Of a stretch of 64,000 bases of DNA, positions 26,710-41,470 are shown in pieces. Under the pieces are notes generated by a model. The model did not search any database. It worked only from the letters and a program-made list of their open reading frames with translations, and was not told the DNA's origin. Numbering within the stretch: the stretch's first letter is position 1; every line of letters starts with the position of its first letter. Origin of the DNA: the human T2T-CHM13v2.0 reference genome, Homo sapiens. A program made the translations under genes and the position numbers. The stretch is from NCBI RefSeq assembly GCF_009914755.1, contig NC_060937.1. One strand, given 5' to 3'.

Positions 26710-27380
26710 TGCTAATCTCTGGATACAACTAGGAGTAAAACAAATATAATCCAAGTTATCATGATGCTTATATTTTAATAAAAACAGCATTTTAATATGC
26801 AGGTAAATATATAAAAAATCACTGTGATACACATTATTAAAGAAACAAATAAGAACAGAATGTAATATGCTTCAGTAGGATGCTTAGTTGATGCCTCTCC
26901 AAAGATGTGATATTCCATCTAGGTGATGAGATAATATACACCTTTTAGTTAACTTGAAAATCTTTTGCTATCAGATATAATAGCATCATTTGAAAAGGCC
27001 TGGTGAAAAAGAAAACCTGCATGTATTCAAGGACCTTATCATAGGCTTATATTGCTGTAAAATAGTGAGCAAGGAGAAGAGAGCTAGGCTACAAGTTTGT
27101 AAAGACTGCCAAAAGCCAAATGGCACAGAACATTGTAGGTCATAGCAAAGCATGAGGGTTATGATTTACATTTGAGAAAAAATCATTAAGGGGTTACAAC
27201 AACTGGAATAGCATAATTAATTTATGTTTTAAAAATGTTATTTTGCTTTCTTGAATATAAATGGGGTGGGGCATAAAAGATTTTGCAGTAATTTAAAGAT
27301 GAAATGAAGGTTGGAATAGGAAGTAGTAGCAAAGAGGGAAACAGTGAATAGAATTAAAACATATTTTGGAGGCAGATAAG
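26710..27380 (-). mobile_element. L2 relic
   Basis: aaaggcctggtg...catgtattcaaggac...ttgtaggtcatagcaaag...atattttggaggcaga. Confidence 0.65.
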
Positions 27381-27507
27381 TTCTTTTGCAGTTTGGCATA
27401 TCTCTATGTCAAAACCTGTGAAGGACTAAGATTTTTTTTTCTACTGGTAAACCAAACAGCTAATCTGTCACAATTTTATTGATGCTGAAAGATGAAACAA
27501 ACATCCT

Positions 27508-27680
27508 AGGTCACACAGAAAGACAAACATCACATGTTTTCACTTATTTGTAGGATTTAAAAATCAAAATAATTGAACTCGTGGACACTGAGAGTAGAAG
27601 GATGGTTACCAGAGGCTATGACAGTCAATGGGGGTTTTGGGCAGTGTGTATGGGTGGTTAACGGGCACAAAAATAGTAAA
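27508..27680 (+). mobile_element. L1MA1/2-like 3' UTR fragment, followed by a ~40-bp antisense L1 scrap
   Basis: cacagaaagacaaacatcacatgttttcacttatttgtagg...aattgaactc...gagagtagaaggatggttaccagaggc. Confidence 0.8.
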
Positions 27681-29649
27681 AACACCTTTTTGTATAAGGC
27701 GAGAGATGAGCATCCAGTTTCAAGGGTGTTTTAAAGACAAAAATCATTAATGTCTCTTCATCCCCAGCACTTCCTAGGACCTAAAATATTCTCTCCACAG
27801 GATCAGGGGTTTTTGTTCACCGTTATTACTACAAAGTCAGTGCATTCCATTCCAATAGCTATAACTTCACCTATTTTTTAGTCATTTAGTCATCTCTTAT
27901 TCATACCCAAACTTTCAGTTTGAAATTGCCAAGTGCTAGATTGCCAAGACCATTTTTATAAATTTACGTATAACTATTGTACCCTCACTTTGGCCGGTGT
28001 TGGGTACTTTAGGGAGAATGAGAGAGCAGTTTACTAAAGCAAGTGGTCATTATGCTTAGGATCTAGGACCATATCAATCCAACAAGAGAAACCAGGTAGC
28101 TAAAGCTGATTTCTGTGTGTCTGCTGCAGCTCTTTGGGAAAACTAGCACCTTGATGTACACTAAGAAGGTAGCATGATGTCCAGTAATGATCAGGGTAGA
28201 ATCCCAAATTTTCAAAATAGGTTTATACAGCCATCTATCAATTTCATCCTGAGTGTGACCCAGGACAAGGCAGTGATAGAGGATTCCTTACTGTGAACAT
28301 ACATTCAGTATGTTTATTTCCTTGGTGGCTTCCATTGCAATGGCAGATGGTTTCTGCAGAGATCATTTTACAAGAGAGGCATAAAATGAGTATAATGGTC
28401 ATTTGTAAGTCAGGGGCTAATTCTATTTCAAAACACTGCACAGAATTTCACCCATTCAGGTGAAGGGTCAGGTCATCTCAGAGGTGGGTGTTGGAAGATC
28501 ATAACATTTTCAGATCCTAAAGTAACAGGTCATGAACAGAGAGGTTCATTGAGAAATGGGTCGTGCAGATGACCTGTGTTAGAGTATAAAACATACATCC
28601 ACATTTACTAGTATTTTCTAGGTGAATGACTTTATGTTCCATCTGATTACGAATAAGATAGTAAGATGGTTAACCCTGTATTTCAAACCAAATATACCTC
28701 ATGTACAGTTAAAAATATTTATTAATTCTGATAAGACATTAACATGCACATAGAGATTCAAGGACACACACTATCAAACCTCTGATAACCTATGGATGAA
28801 ATTCTGACTTCCAAGCAGCATAATTGAATACTCTATGTACTGTTAGGTAAGTTAAATTCTAATATTAAGATTAGTGGCATGTTTAACAGGGAAAATCATT
28901 ACTATTTCATTAATACAATTTTAGGATTAAGTAATCAATTACACAACTGTTTACTGAGCATGGTGTTAGTTACATATAAAAGTTAAACCATCCATTCCTT
29001 TAGAAAGTATGACAAGTATGACATGATCTATATTATATGTCAAGATTCTCTGATAGTGGTTTGGCCACGTTTTATGACTTGCTTCCTCTTATATTTTCAA
29101 TATATAAGTCCTATTTGATACTCAGTGTGCTGCTGGAAGTGGAATGTATGGGTAAGGAAAATATACTTTTACCCTTTTTGTTTTTCACTAAAGCAAAATT
29201 GGTAGTTCATGGAGACAGCCCTCCAAATGAGGTTTTCAAAATGCAGAAATAATATTATTTGCCTTATTTACAACATATTATGAAGATTAAAACCTGGATA
29301 AAATAATCCACAAGGGTATCTATAATTAAGGAAAAGCCACACACATGTAGTCCCAAAGCTGCTAGTTAAATAAAAGGAAGGAAAGGGAAAGGAAATTAAA
29401 TGAAGAATGAAATACTGAAACAAAAGACAGTCCACATGGGTCTAAGGAAAAGAGAAAGATTGCTTGTAAAATGTGTTAGACATGGTGATCAAGGAAGAAA
29501 GTACCTATAGACAGGGCAATACCCTGAGTGGTTAGGATCATGAAGGGGAAGTGCTATAGAGATCTGTGAGGGGATTGGCAAGAAGTAGCACTGAGTGGCT
29601 GGTATAATTAAATAAAAAGTAAAGACAAAAATGCTAAAGTAATTGTTTA

Positions 29650-30140
29650 GCTAGGGAATCATTTTTTAAACAAATCTGATCATCTGGATCCTTTAATTAA
29701 AACAACTACAATACTAACACTACAATACTAACAACCACAACAATAAAAACCTCTGTGAATTCCCCGTTGCAAACCACTCATTACTCTCTGGTCTGTAATG
29801 CCCGTGCTGTGTTAACAATACTTACAAATATCCTTTGTGCATACTGGTTTCTTTCTGTTAAAGACCTCCACCTTTTGCACTTGGAAAACTTCTAATTTCA
29901 TTCGTGATCGCTTTCACAGAAAACTCCTCAAATTCCTTCAATCAAAGTTAATTGTTTTTGTCCCTTTAGTAAAAGTTTGAGCTGTTTGAGCACTAACCAT
30001 ATGGTACTGTAATTTTTTTGCACTTCTCAATTACCCCTCACGGCAAGCTCCTCTAGGCCAGAGATCATGAACACTTCATGTTTCATTCTTTTATTTTGTA
30101 ACTCAGTGCTTAGTGTATCACAAGTAATTGTTAAATGAAA
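29650..30140 (+). mobile_element. L2 3' relic
   Basis: aaacaaatctgatcat...gcaagctcctctaggccagagatcatg...cagtgcttag...ttgttaaatgaa. Confidence 0.5.
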
Positions 30141-31704
30141 ATTATCAGATGAAGATTTTCTTCATGACTGATTGGGTGTCAGGAAAAGTAAATGGGTTTG
30201 TTGCAAAGCAGAGAAGCAAGCATTACTCTTGAGAGCCAAGCATATTTGGAAAAGTAGAATGTATCAGTATGGTGTTCTCTGGTATTTTACTGTGATGTAT
30301 GTACTAAGAGGTAGAGGAAGAAACACCTCTCTCTTTTAGCCCAGTCTAGTTACTAGTTGTATTAAGGCACCAGTAGGATCTTTGGTTTATACACAAACAT
30401 AATTGCATATCAGAGCCAGAGACTGAGTTTGTGCTTCCCCCTGCTGGGCTTTTTCTTATGTTCTCATGACTGCCTTCCTATATATACAGTAACCCTGGCC
30501 ACTAGAGTGATTGCTGCAGGTATTTAATGTTCTGTAATTGATGAGTATCCAAACAGTATTTCGAAGGTACTGACTTCTAATTATCAGTCTATTACTATTG
30601 ATTATGTCACATGCTTAGCAAATTAGCAATTCTATTGTCTGAGATTCACTAGGAATATAAAATCTTTAGCTATACAACTTCAAGTGAAAGTGCCTTCAGT
30701 AATTTTTAAACCAAGTTTTCTGCTTTTATATAAAAATGTGCACAGTACCCATAGACCTAAGTCTATTAAAAATATATTTATTTTAAATTATATCTTTTTT
30801 GGCATGTGGATGGTAGAGCTGCACTTTCTTGTTTCTATGAAGTTGAAGATGGCTGTTTAACTTGTTCCGCAAATAGGAGGCTGCTGATCACTGCACGGGC
30901 AAGCCCAGCCAACTTCTCTCCATTGACACTCTCTGGTGCCAAGCAGTGTTTCTTAAGGATGCCAGATCAGCCTGAGTCTCTGAATGAGAATGAAATAAAG
31001 TGAATGTCCTGTAATCAACTAACCACCCCCACCCCTGGCCGTATACATTGAACTGAAATGGATACAAATTGTGAGAAAAAAATAAACCTGTGTAGGATGA
31101 AGTAATTGATTTTGTTTGAATGTTATCCTTGCAATTTAATCTGAGTTATCTCAAACTATACTGTGCCAAATATTAAAGTAGAAATAGTCACTTTTTCTTT
31201 GTAACATTCTGTTTCTTTATCATAACCAAATATTATTTTGAGGAGTAAATGAGGTTAATAGTCCCCAGGAATTTTGAGTGACTGTTAGTTTTCACTCATT
31301 CTGCTTCCATCTAATCATGAGTAAACATTATTTTTACCAAGGGAAAAATAATTGGATCTGCCCAGAATCAAAAATATTAGTTTAAAACACCTTTGGGAAT
31401 GAATTAAGTAAGTTTATGGGTATATTTTGCTTATATATTTTATTGAAATTATCCTCAAGCTTCCCCATGAATCTAGGTAGCAACTGTGCATATACAAAAT
31501 GAAATGGTTTACAATGTCACTGTGTTCTATTCATTGTTCCCTAAACCTGCTTCCGGGAATTAATGTCCTGAATGTTCAAAATATTTGCTTTTACTATTGA
31601 TGTTAGTGGGAAAATAAACAATAGAAATGTTAATAAAATTTAAAAAAATGAGAAAGCCTGAATGTGACACAATTTGAAAAACTAAATGCTACTTAGAAAA
31701 ACTG

Positions 31705-32200
31705 TCTCTTATTTTATAAAATCTTTTTATTATTATTTTTAGATTTCACATGTGAGTGCAACCTTTCAGTGCTTGTCCTTCTGTGCCTGGCTCATTTAAC
31801 TCAACATAATGCCCACCTAGTTCATCCATATCCATGCAAATGGTAGAAGTAAAGAGTGGAATAGTGGTTATCAGAGTCTGGGGAGGGACGGGGGAGGGAA
31901 GACTGGGAGAGGATGAGCAATGGATGCAAAGTTACAATTAAACAGGAATAATAATCTTTGATGTTCTATTACTCAGTAGGGTAAGTACAGCAAATAGCAA
32001 TGCAGTGTATATTACAAGATGGTTAGAAATAAATACTTTGGATGCTGGCATCACAAAGAAATGATAAGTGTTTAAAGTGATGGGTATCATAATTACCCTG
32101 ATTTGATCATTACCCTATGGATACATGTATCAAAACATCATATTTTATTTCAGAAATAAGTACAAGTATTATGTGCCAATTACAAATTAAATAATTTAAA
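31705..32200 (+). mobile_element. L1MA5-like 3' end with 5' inversion (~31705-31843 antisense; 31844-32200 sense)
   Basis: Antisense ttttagatttcacatgtgagtg...ttctgtgcctggct...gttcatccat joined to sense tagaagtaaagagtggaatagtggttatcaga...taccctgatttgatcattac. Confidence 0.8.
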
Positions 32201-33624
32201 AATTGAGAAACTTTCAAACTAAAAAGAGGTGTAAGAATAATGTGATGAACGTACATTGAAAATAAATAATCAACTACTAATGGATAGAAACAAAAGAATG
32301 ATGTAGTAATCAATAACTTTTCTGATTATACATAATATGGAAGGTTACAATAGATGGTTGTGCTCTTCCTCCAAAAAGCATCACCACCATTTTGAGCTGG
32401 CAAACCAAATGGCATCGTGTGTTCCCTAGAGGTAAAGGCCCAACAAAGAAGGCCATGTCTAACCAACATTTCTTGAATGAAAAAAAAGTCATGTTCCCCA
32501 AATGTACATCTATTTCTAAAACAAACTTCAATTTCTATGATGGTTATTTAAAACATTCACACCATTCAAAGATCAATTTCAAGAGTTTCACGGAAAAGTG
32601 ATACACCATCTGAAAGAAAAGAAATGTCTTCCTTTTTCATCTTTGTGTTTCCATTAGCATTAACCATAGTTTGATGGTTAATGGTCATTTTGTCACAACA
32701 CATTTCATTCCATTCAATCAAAGGAAGCCTAATTATCTTGTTTTCTGATTCATCAGTCTAACACACACACACATGCACAAGTGTATTTGGAAGAATATAT
32801 AGACAAATAGAGTTCCTAAGTCACTCTCATTCTGACATAGTCATATATACATACATATATGCATATATACATATATTGATAAATGAAGAGTTAGCTGTCA
32901 CCTATTATTTATGCATTTATTTTCACCCACAAATTTACATAGAAGCAGAGGGGTCTTATGAGAGCAATATTCATATGACCCCTTCCTTTCAAAACCACAA
33001 TTATCTTATGGTTTGATGTAGTCTTACCCAAGGATAGATTACCAAATTTGAGGACAAAGATACAGACCTTAAAATGAGCACTGGAGGATATGGAATCCCT
33101 TGTCTCTGCCCTGTGGTCAACAACATATAAGCTCATTGGTTCTAGCTCTGTAAAGTAGTTGTGGATCAAATGTGTTTTACATCTGGCACCCTGAAGGAAG
33201 ATTGTTTTTCCTTAAAAAGTTTGGCTATAGGAGATATATCTGAACTGCAATGCTTGGAGTCCAGGTTAATATAATGCAATGTATCCTTAGTCCAGTCTAA
33301 TTATAATGAAAGCATAGCCTCTGAGGAGCTATTGTGATCACATGGATTGGGACAGCTGTAATCTAGAAGCCCATGGGCAGTAAGTATAGGTTAGAAATAA
33401 GGGTAGGTAACTAAGGTATGCCTCTATGGTTTCCCTGAGCTTAAGCAAGTAGCAGTGCTCAGTTTCCCCATCAATGACAGCAAAGAGAGGGCAATTAAAA
33501 CAGCAAGGAACAATTCTGCAGTCAGGCCCCTTTTTTCATAGGGCATCCAAGGCTCTCACTTTTGTTGAACACAAAAGCTGTATCACTGTAAGTTTACAAT
33601 ACTTCAGTACTTAAGAAAACTGAA

Positions 33625-33993
<369 letters not shown>

Positions 33994-34554
33994 TTAATTA
34001 GAACACCTTCTTACTGTAAGGGTGCACACCATTGTGACAAAGTCTGAGCAGTATTGCAGAAGGTGTTGAGTAAACTTTTTTGTGAGGTTTTGGTTTCCAG
34101 ACTCAAGTGATTTAATGCAGGTTTTTAAGGTGGATGAATGCTTAGGTTTGAAAAAAAGGTTGTGATGTAATAGTTCAAGATAATGGAACACAGTAAGGCT
34201 GAGAGAAGAGTCTTGAAATGAGTCTTAATACACAAACTGTTGTCTAATAAGCAAGCTCTATACCAGTATGAACAATATATTGTCCTCATTGGAGATATGT
34301 TTGCCCAAAGGGGCAAACTATATTCCTAGACAACTAGTTTGCAGGATTTTCCTGATGGAATAAATTCTTTATTGCTCATAGCCTTAACTTTATGCATTTA
34401 AAAAGTAACAAATAGTTACATGAGTCTCGATTCTCTTTCCCAATGGTTAAGCTCTGTATATACAAGTGATCCCAATCCTCAAAATTATTCTTTCTTCTAT
34501 TTTTACATTCCTTTCAAATTTATTACATCAGAAAAAAAATTATTTCTATGAGTT

Positions 34555-35300
<746 letters not shown>

Positions 35301-37197
35301 ATTCACACAGACTCCTTGTACAAAAACGGAGAGGTAACCTTCAAATTATATTCTAAGTTAATGATGTGTTTTTCATATGCATGTCAGTCTCACTAATATC
35401 CAATTAAATATATTTCTCGTACACTTGATCTCTAATGCATGCTGTGCTTTGTGCAAACACGGCATGAAGGGATATTTACTATCAATTTGATAGAGATCAT
35501 TTAGCTGGCCGTGAAACAGAGGTGTTTTCAATTTGTTATTGACACACACTGGAACACATCAGGTGTGAAATCCGTAACTTAAACCTCAAGAGTAATTTCA
35601 GATAGACATCCATCAAAACATTTAATTGTCAGTTAAATATTACATTTCCATAAAGATGAATTATTAATATGAAGTAAAAAAGCAAATTGTAGTCACCAGG
35701 AAAAGTCACCTCATATCATTCAAAAACATTAGTGTTGAGTTCTCAATTTCTCAATCATTAACAATAAATTTCATTAAATAATCAGTAACAAAATTAAATA
35801 TATGCAATTGCATTTTTGCATCTCATATATGAAAAATACATTTATATTTGGGGTAGTGCTTTAGGTTTTTTTTAAATAAACATTTTTGTTTTTAAAGTTT
35901 TTGATTACAAAACAATTGTGAAGATAAGGAATTCCCATATATCTCAAATCTAGCTTCCGTATTATTTCCATCTTATATTAGTATGATCATTTGTCACAAT
36001 GAACAAACCAATATTGATACAGTTTTTACAATATTGATACATTATTGACACATGATTATTATCAGCTGAAGTCCACAATGTATTCAGAACTCCTTAGGTT
36101 TTAATGTCTCTATTCTGTTCCAAGATCCTATCCGGGGTACCACAATATATTTATTCATAATGTTTCCATGGGATCCTCTAGGCTGTGACATTTTCAGACT
36201 TTTCTTGTTTTTGATGACCTTGGTAATTTTGAGAAGTACTGGTCAGATACTTTGTAAAATATCTCTCAAATGGAATTCATCTGATGTTTTTCTTGTGATT
36301 AGACTATGGCGGTGGGTTTTAGGGGGGAAGATCATAGAGGCAAAATGACATTTTTATCACACCATCAATGTGACTATTGATGTTAACCTTGATCACTTGA
36401 CTGGGGAAATGTCTGTCAGATTTCTCTACTGTAAAGTTACTTATCCCCCACCTCCCCTTTCCATAAGGTACTCGTTGAGTAATGAGTCACAGGGCATAAC
36501 CCACACTTAAGGAGTAAGAGTTATGCCCTATCCCCTAGAGGGCAGAGCATCAAAATAAATTATTTTGAATTCTTCTGCACAAGCGATGTCTATTCTCCCC
36601 TATTTCTTTCTTTAATCATTTGTTTGTATGAGTATTGACTCACAGATATTTATTTAAAACTTTGGATTAAAATACAATATTACTTTATTTAATTCATTGC
36701 TTGAATTGTTCTGGCTCGGACATTGGAAGCTTGTTCAGTTTGCTCCTGTAGCTCTTTAACACACCTTGAACACTGTGAGGTTTTGGGTTTTGTTAGGACT
36801 TCCTTACTCTCTGAAAGAGGCTTATCATAAATATATCTTGCCCCAGCCTAGAATCAGGAACTTTTACAAGAAACCCTATTCTACTTAATGAAGCATGGCA
36901 TTAGAAACCAAGATCTGTGCTGGGGTGCTTGTTACTATTGGTATATTACTGCTTTTAGGCTCTCCCACCTGACAGAACAAGGAAATATATGTGTTATACT
37001 AACACATTCTGTACACATATCTACATATGTATAACATTTATATACAGTTCTAGAAATATTTCTATTTGTGGTCACCTGTTATCTATATTAACTAAATATG
37101 AATTCTTACTAAAGTCTCCACATCTGATCTATTGATGTGTGTAATTCTAGCCTCCTTTCCTCACTTATCTACGTATTCCCATAACAGCACTGTCATT

Positions 37198-37616
37198 TGT
37201 GGGGACACGAGTGACTTTATTTCCAATGCTAATCTGCCATCCAACTTTTGACTAACCATAAGCTCAGGAATGCCTCCAAAATATCTAGTTGATGCATTAC
37301 TCTTTAGTAGGAACACCTATTCATTGTAAGTTTCCTCTAAAACTCTCGTCATTGCAGAAATCATAGGGTGTGACAACTGTAGCCCCCTATACATTCCTTC
37401 CAGACCACATATGCTTTTTTCCCCAACATATAAGCCCTGGGTGTGTGGTACAGCCATCCACCTGTCTTGCCCCTGCTCAAGATCATGCTTCCGTCTGTAG
37501 TCCCCCTAATAAATCATGCAAAATTGATACACTAGACTTATCTTCCCCCATCATTAATTTCTTGGCTCCTTGTGCATTTGGGGGTCACTTTGCATATACA
37601 ACCTTTTCACAGATCA
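37198..37616 (+). mobile_element. LTR47B-like solo LTR
   Basis: TGTggggacacgagtgac...tgctaatctgccat...ggaatgcctccaaaatatctagttgatg; TATAA and AATAAA present; ends ttcacagatCA. Confidence 0.7.
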
Positions 37617-38569
37617 CGTAACTGGCACCTATCATCCATCATCCATTTTCTTAATTGCTCATTCCAGTATACATGTATAGTGGTATCAGAATCATTAACT
37701 CATACCCCATTGAGGACAACTTTACCACCTAGAGTATGGTGCTTATATGCAAATAAGTTGCCTTTAGTATAACAGACTCCAGTCATTTACCAGGATACAT
37801 AGGCCATCAACTTTTCCCCTAACTGCTTCAGTGTTACTGTCGCATACATTTGTCATTCTACATTTTTTATGGAATAATGTATCCAGCATTACAATATCAT
37901 ACAAAATAATTGCAGTGCCCTAAATAATCTCCTATATTTGACTTACATAACTCTCTTCCCTTACCGAAAACCACAGAAGCGGTTGAGTTTACCATCTATA
38001 TGTTTTGCATTTTACAAAACCTATTAAAATCATGTAGTATGTAGTCTTTAAGACTGGCTTTTTTCACATGCCAATATACATATAAGCTCCCTCAGGGTCA
38101 TTTTGTGGCTTAATAACTCATTCTTTTATATTGTTGGACAATAAATTACTATATGAATGTACCGAAGTTTGTTTAACCTTTTCACCCACCGAATGACACC
38201 TTGGTCACTTCCAGCGTTTACTAGCTGAATAAAGTGGCTAAAAATATTGATGTTAAGATTTTTTTATATAAATATACATTTTCAAATCAGTTGGAAACAC
38301 CTAGGAGTATAATTGCTGGATCATATAATAAGACTATGTTTAGCTTTGTCATAACCATTCAGCTATCTTCCAAAGTGGCTGTAATATTTTGCATTCCCAA
38401 CTGCAGTGAATGAGAACTTCTATCGCTCTGCATCCTCTTTGGTAATTGGTATTGTTAGTTTTTAGGATTTTGGTTATTCTAATGGGTATGTAGTGGTATC
38501 TCATTTTTATTTTAATTTGCAATTCCCTAATGACAAAATGATGTTGGACATATTTTATGTGCTTATTTG

Positions 38570-38623
38570 CTCTGTGTGTGTATATATATATATACACATA
38601 TAAACACATATATATACACACAA

Positions 38624-38654
<31 letters not shown>

Positions 38655-38767
38655 GTGTGGCATCTGTGTAGAACATTATCCCATTTTTTAATCTATATTG
38701 TATACATATAAATATATATATAGTTAATGTGATGTCTGTATAGAACATTATCCCTTTTTTAAATCTA
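38570..38767. repeat. Compound (TA)n/(CA)n microsatellite plus a ~73-bp-period local duplication
   Basis: TA/CA runs; tctgtgtagaacattatcccattttttaatcta recurs as tctgtatagaacattatcccttttttaaatcta. Confidence 0.8.
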
Positions 38768-39713
38768 GGTATTTATCTTATTGATGAGTTTTAAGGGTTA
38801 TTTTCATATTCTAAATACAAGTCCTTTATCAGATGTGTGGTTTGTAAATATTTTACCTAATCTGTTCACTTTACTTTCATTTCCTTAATGGTATATTTTG
38901 TAGGGCAGAAGTATTTAATTTAAATAAGGTGCAGCTTTTATCATTTTTTCCTTTGTGAATTACAATTTTAGTGTTATATATAATATTCATTATAAAATCT
39001 AAGATGACATAAATTTTCTTCTAGAAGTTTCATAGTTTTTTTATTTTCATTTAGGTCTCTGACCATTTTAAGTAGACTTTTGTGAAATGGGTAGGATCTG
39101 TGTCATTTATTTTACATATGAACATCCATTTGTTACAGTACCATTTATTGAAAAGACTCTCTTTACTTTTGTCAAAACTACTTTCTTTCGCAGGCCAATA
39201 TGTACATTAGCTCCCACAGGAAATACCTTTGCTCCTTTGTCAATGATCACTGCACTATATTTCTGAACTTCTCTACTCTGGTCCATTCATCTATGTGTCT
39301 ATTCATTCACGAACACCACACTGTCTTGAGTACAGTAGCATTGAAAATGGAATGGGTGAATCTTCCTTATTATTCTTCTTTAATATCGTGTTGAGTATGC
39401 TATGTCTTTTGCCATTTCATTTAAATTTTAGGATCATGTTGCTTTCCACAAAATAGCTTCCTATTATTTTGACTGGATTTTGTTGAATCTACAGAAAGTT
39501 GAGAAGAATTGGAATTTTAACAATATTGTGTATTGCCATCTATGGATATACCTCCATTTATACAGAACTTTGATTTCTTTCATCAGCATTTAGTAGGCTT
39601 CCTCATACAGATCCTTGATTTATATTACTAAACCTGTACTTAACTAGTTCATTTTTTGGTGACATGCTAAATAATAATTTTTAAAATTTAAAATTTCAAT
39701 TTTTTATTACTAG

Positions 39714-40346
39714 TGTTACCAGAAAGAGATCCCAATCCAGACACCAACAGAGGGTTCTTGGATCTGGTGCAAAAAAGAGTTAGAGGCAAGTCCCTAGAGT
39801 AAAATGAAAGCAAGTTTATTAAGAAAGTAAAGGAATAAAGAATGGCTACTCCACAGGCAGAGCCAGCCTGTGGCTGCTCAGCGGCTTGTACTTACTGTTA
39901 CTCCTTGATGACAGGCTAAACAAGGGATGGATTATTCATGAGTTTTCTGGGAAAGGGGTGGGCAACTCCTGGACCTGAAGATTTCTCCCCCTTTTAGACC
40001 ACTTAGGAAAACTTCCTGACGTTGCCATGGCATTTATAAATTGTCATGGCACTGATAAGAGTGTCTTTTACCATGCTAATGCATTATAATTAGTATATAA
40101 TGAGCAGTAAGGACAACCAGAGGTCACTTTTGCTGCCATCTTGGTCTTGGTGGGTTTAAGCCAGCCTCTTTACTGCAGCCTGTTTTATCAGCACGGTCTT
40201 TATGACCTGTGTCTTGTGCTGAACTCTTATCTCATCCTGTGACTTAGAATACCTAATGTCCTGGGAATGCAACCCAGTAGGTCTCAGTCTTATTTTACGC
40301 AGCCCCTGTTCAAGATGGAGCTGCTCTGATTTAAACTCCTCTGAGA
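39714..40346 (-). mobile_element. MER41B solo LTR (ERV1)
   Basis: About 633 bp; tgttaccagaaa...gggttcttggatc...ttcaagatggag...cctctga; 4-bp TSD CTAG (39710-39713 / 40347-40350). Confidence 0.92.
39945..39953. promoter_or_regulatory. GAS (STAT) motif TTCTGGGAA in MER41B
   Basis: Matches TTCNNNGAA at the position of the known MER41B STAT1 site. Function not shown. Confidence 0.5.
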
Positions 40347-40434
40347 CTAGCAGATAGGAAAACAATTAACATTATTTTATTAACTTGTATCCTTCCACCT
40401 TGCTATACTACCTTAGTTGTTCCAGAATGTTTTT

Positions 40435-40611
40435 TTTTTAACTATTATACTTTAAGTTTTAGGGTACATGTGCACAATGTGCAGGTTTGTTACATATGTA
40501 TACGTGTGCCATGCTGGTGTGCTGCACCCATCAACTCGTCATTTAGCATTAGGTATATCTCCCAATGCTATCCCTCCCCCCTCCCCACAACAGGAAGGGG
40601 AACATCACACA
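40435..40611 (-). mobile_element. Short L1PA3/4-like 3' end with a tiny 5' inversion
   Basis: Antisense L1 terminus followed by sense acaggaaggggaacatcacaca; 13-bp TSD ccagaatgttttt (40422-40434 / 40612-40624). Confidence 0.93.
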
Positions 40612-40919
40612 CCAGAATGTTTTATTGATTCTTTGAAATTGTCTACATAGACAACCATGTTAACTGCAAGTAAAGGCAATTTTGTTTCTTCCATTTCAAT
40701 CAGCACAAATTTATATTTGTTTACTGTCTTCTTGTACGAAACATAACTTCCAGCATTATGCTGAATAGGAGTTATTAGTGAAACCACCCTTACTTTTTCC
40801 TGACCTTAAAAAAGTACATATAGTTTGTCAACATTTAGTATATTAGCCATAGGTTTTTGTAGAGTTTCTATATCAAGTTTCAAGTTGAGGATAGCTTCTA
40901 TTCCCAGTTTGCTAGTAGC

Positions 40920-41470
40920 TAGACTTCATTAAAATTCAAAATTTCTGTTCGTGAAAGACACTGTTATATGAAAGAAAAGACAAGCAAAAGGCTGAGAGAA
41001 ATGTTTGCAAAACATATAGTTGGTAAAGGATTGGAATTCAAAATATACAAAGAACTCTAAATTCTGATTCAGGCTCCCCTGTTTTGTGGGTTATTAGTTC
41101 CAATTACTATATTTAAATTTTCAAATAATATGCTGTTAGTTTTTTATAATCTTTTAAAAATGATTTTTCTGTATGTTCTTTTTTTTAACTTGTTTGAGAT
41201 AATTATTGACACTTCCTTTTTTTCTGGGATTATTTTTCTTTTGAAAGTTTCTTTAGAGAGAGTCTGGTGCTAGAAAACCTATTAGGTTTCATTCAACCAA
41301 AATTTTCTGCCCTCTTTCTTAAATGGCATATATATTTTCTGGTACAGGAAAAGGTTGACAGTTATTTTTCCTCAGGATGTTGAAGATGCTCTTGTACTCT
41401 TTTTGGTTAAAGTAAGTTTTGACCTTTCCATAGAAGATATAATAACCAATATTTCCTTTCTTTTTGGAAT
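40920..41470. mobile_element. Old L1 fragments (sense ORF2 40920-41060; antisense ORF1-like 41240-41470)
   Basis: gacttcattaaaatt...tttgcaaaacatat...aaatatacaaagaactc; aggttgacagttatttttcctcag...ttgaagatg. Confidence 0.6.

Larger units (their letters stand above)
35870..40915 (-). mobile_element. Long old L1 (L1MC3-like 3' UTR plus ORF2), interrupted by LTR47B, MER41B and a short L1PA
   Basis: Antisense 3' UTR (ttgatgaccttggtaattttgagaagtactggtcag). ORF 38349..38663(-) contains IRELQIKIKMRYHYIPIR...LIHCSWECKILQPLWK, the ORF2 C-terminus. Confidence 0.85.

Noticed and set aside
30897-30916. p53-like site GGGCAAGCCC-AGCCAACTTC
   Set aside because: Only the first decamer fits; the second lacks the core G.
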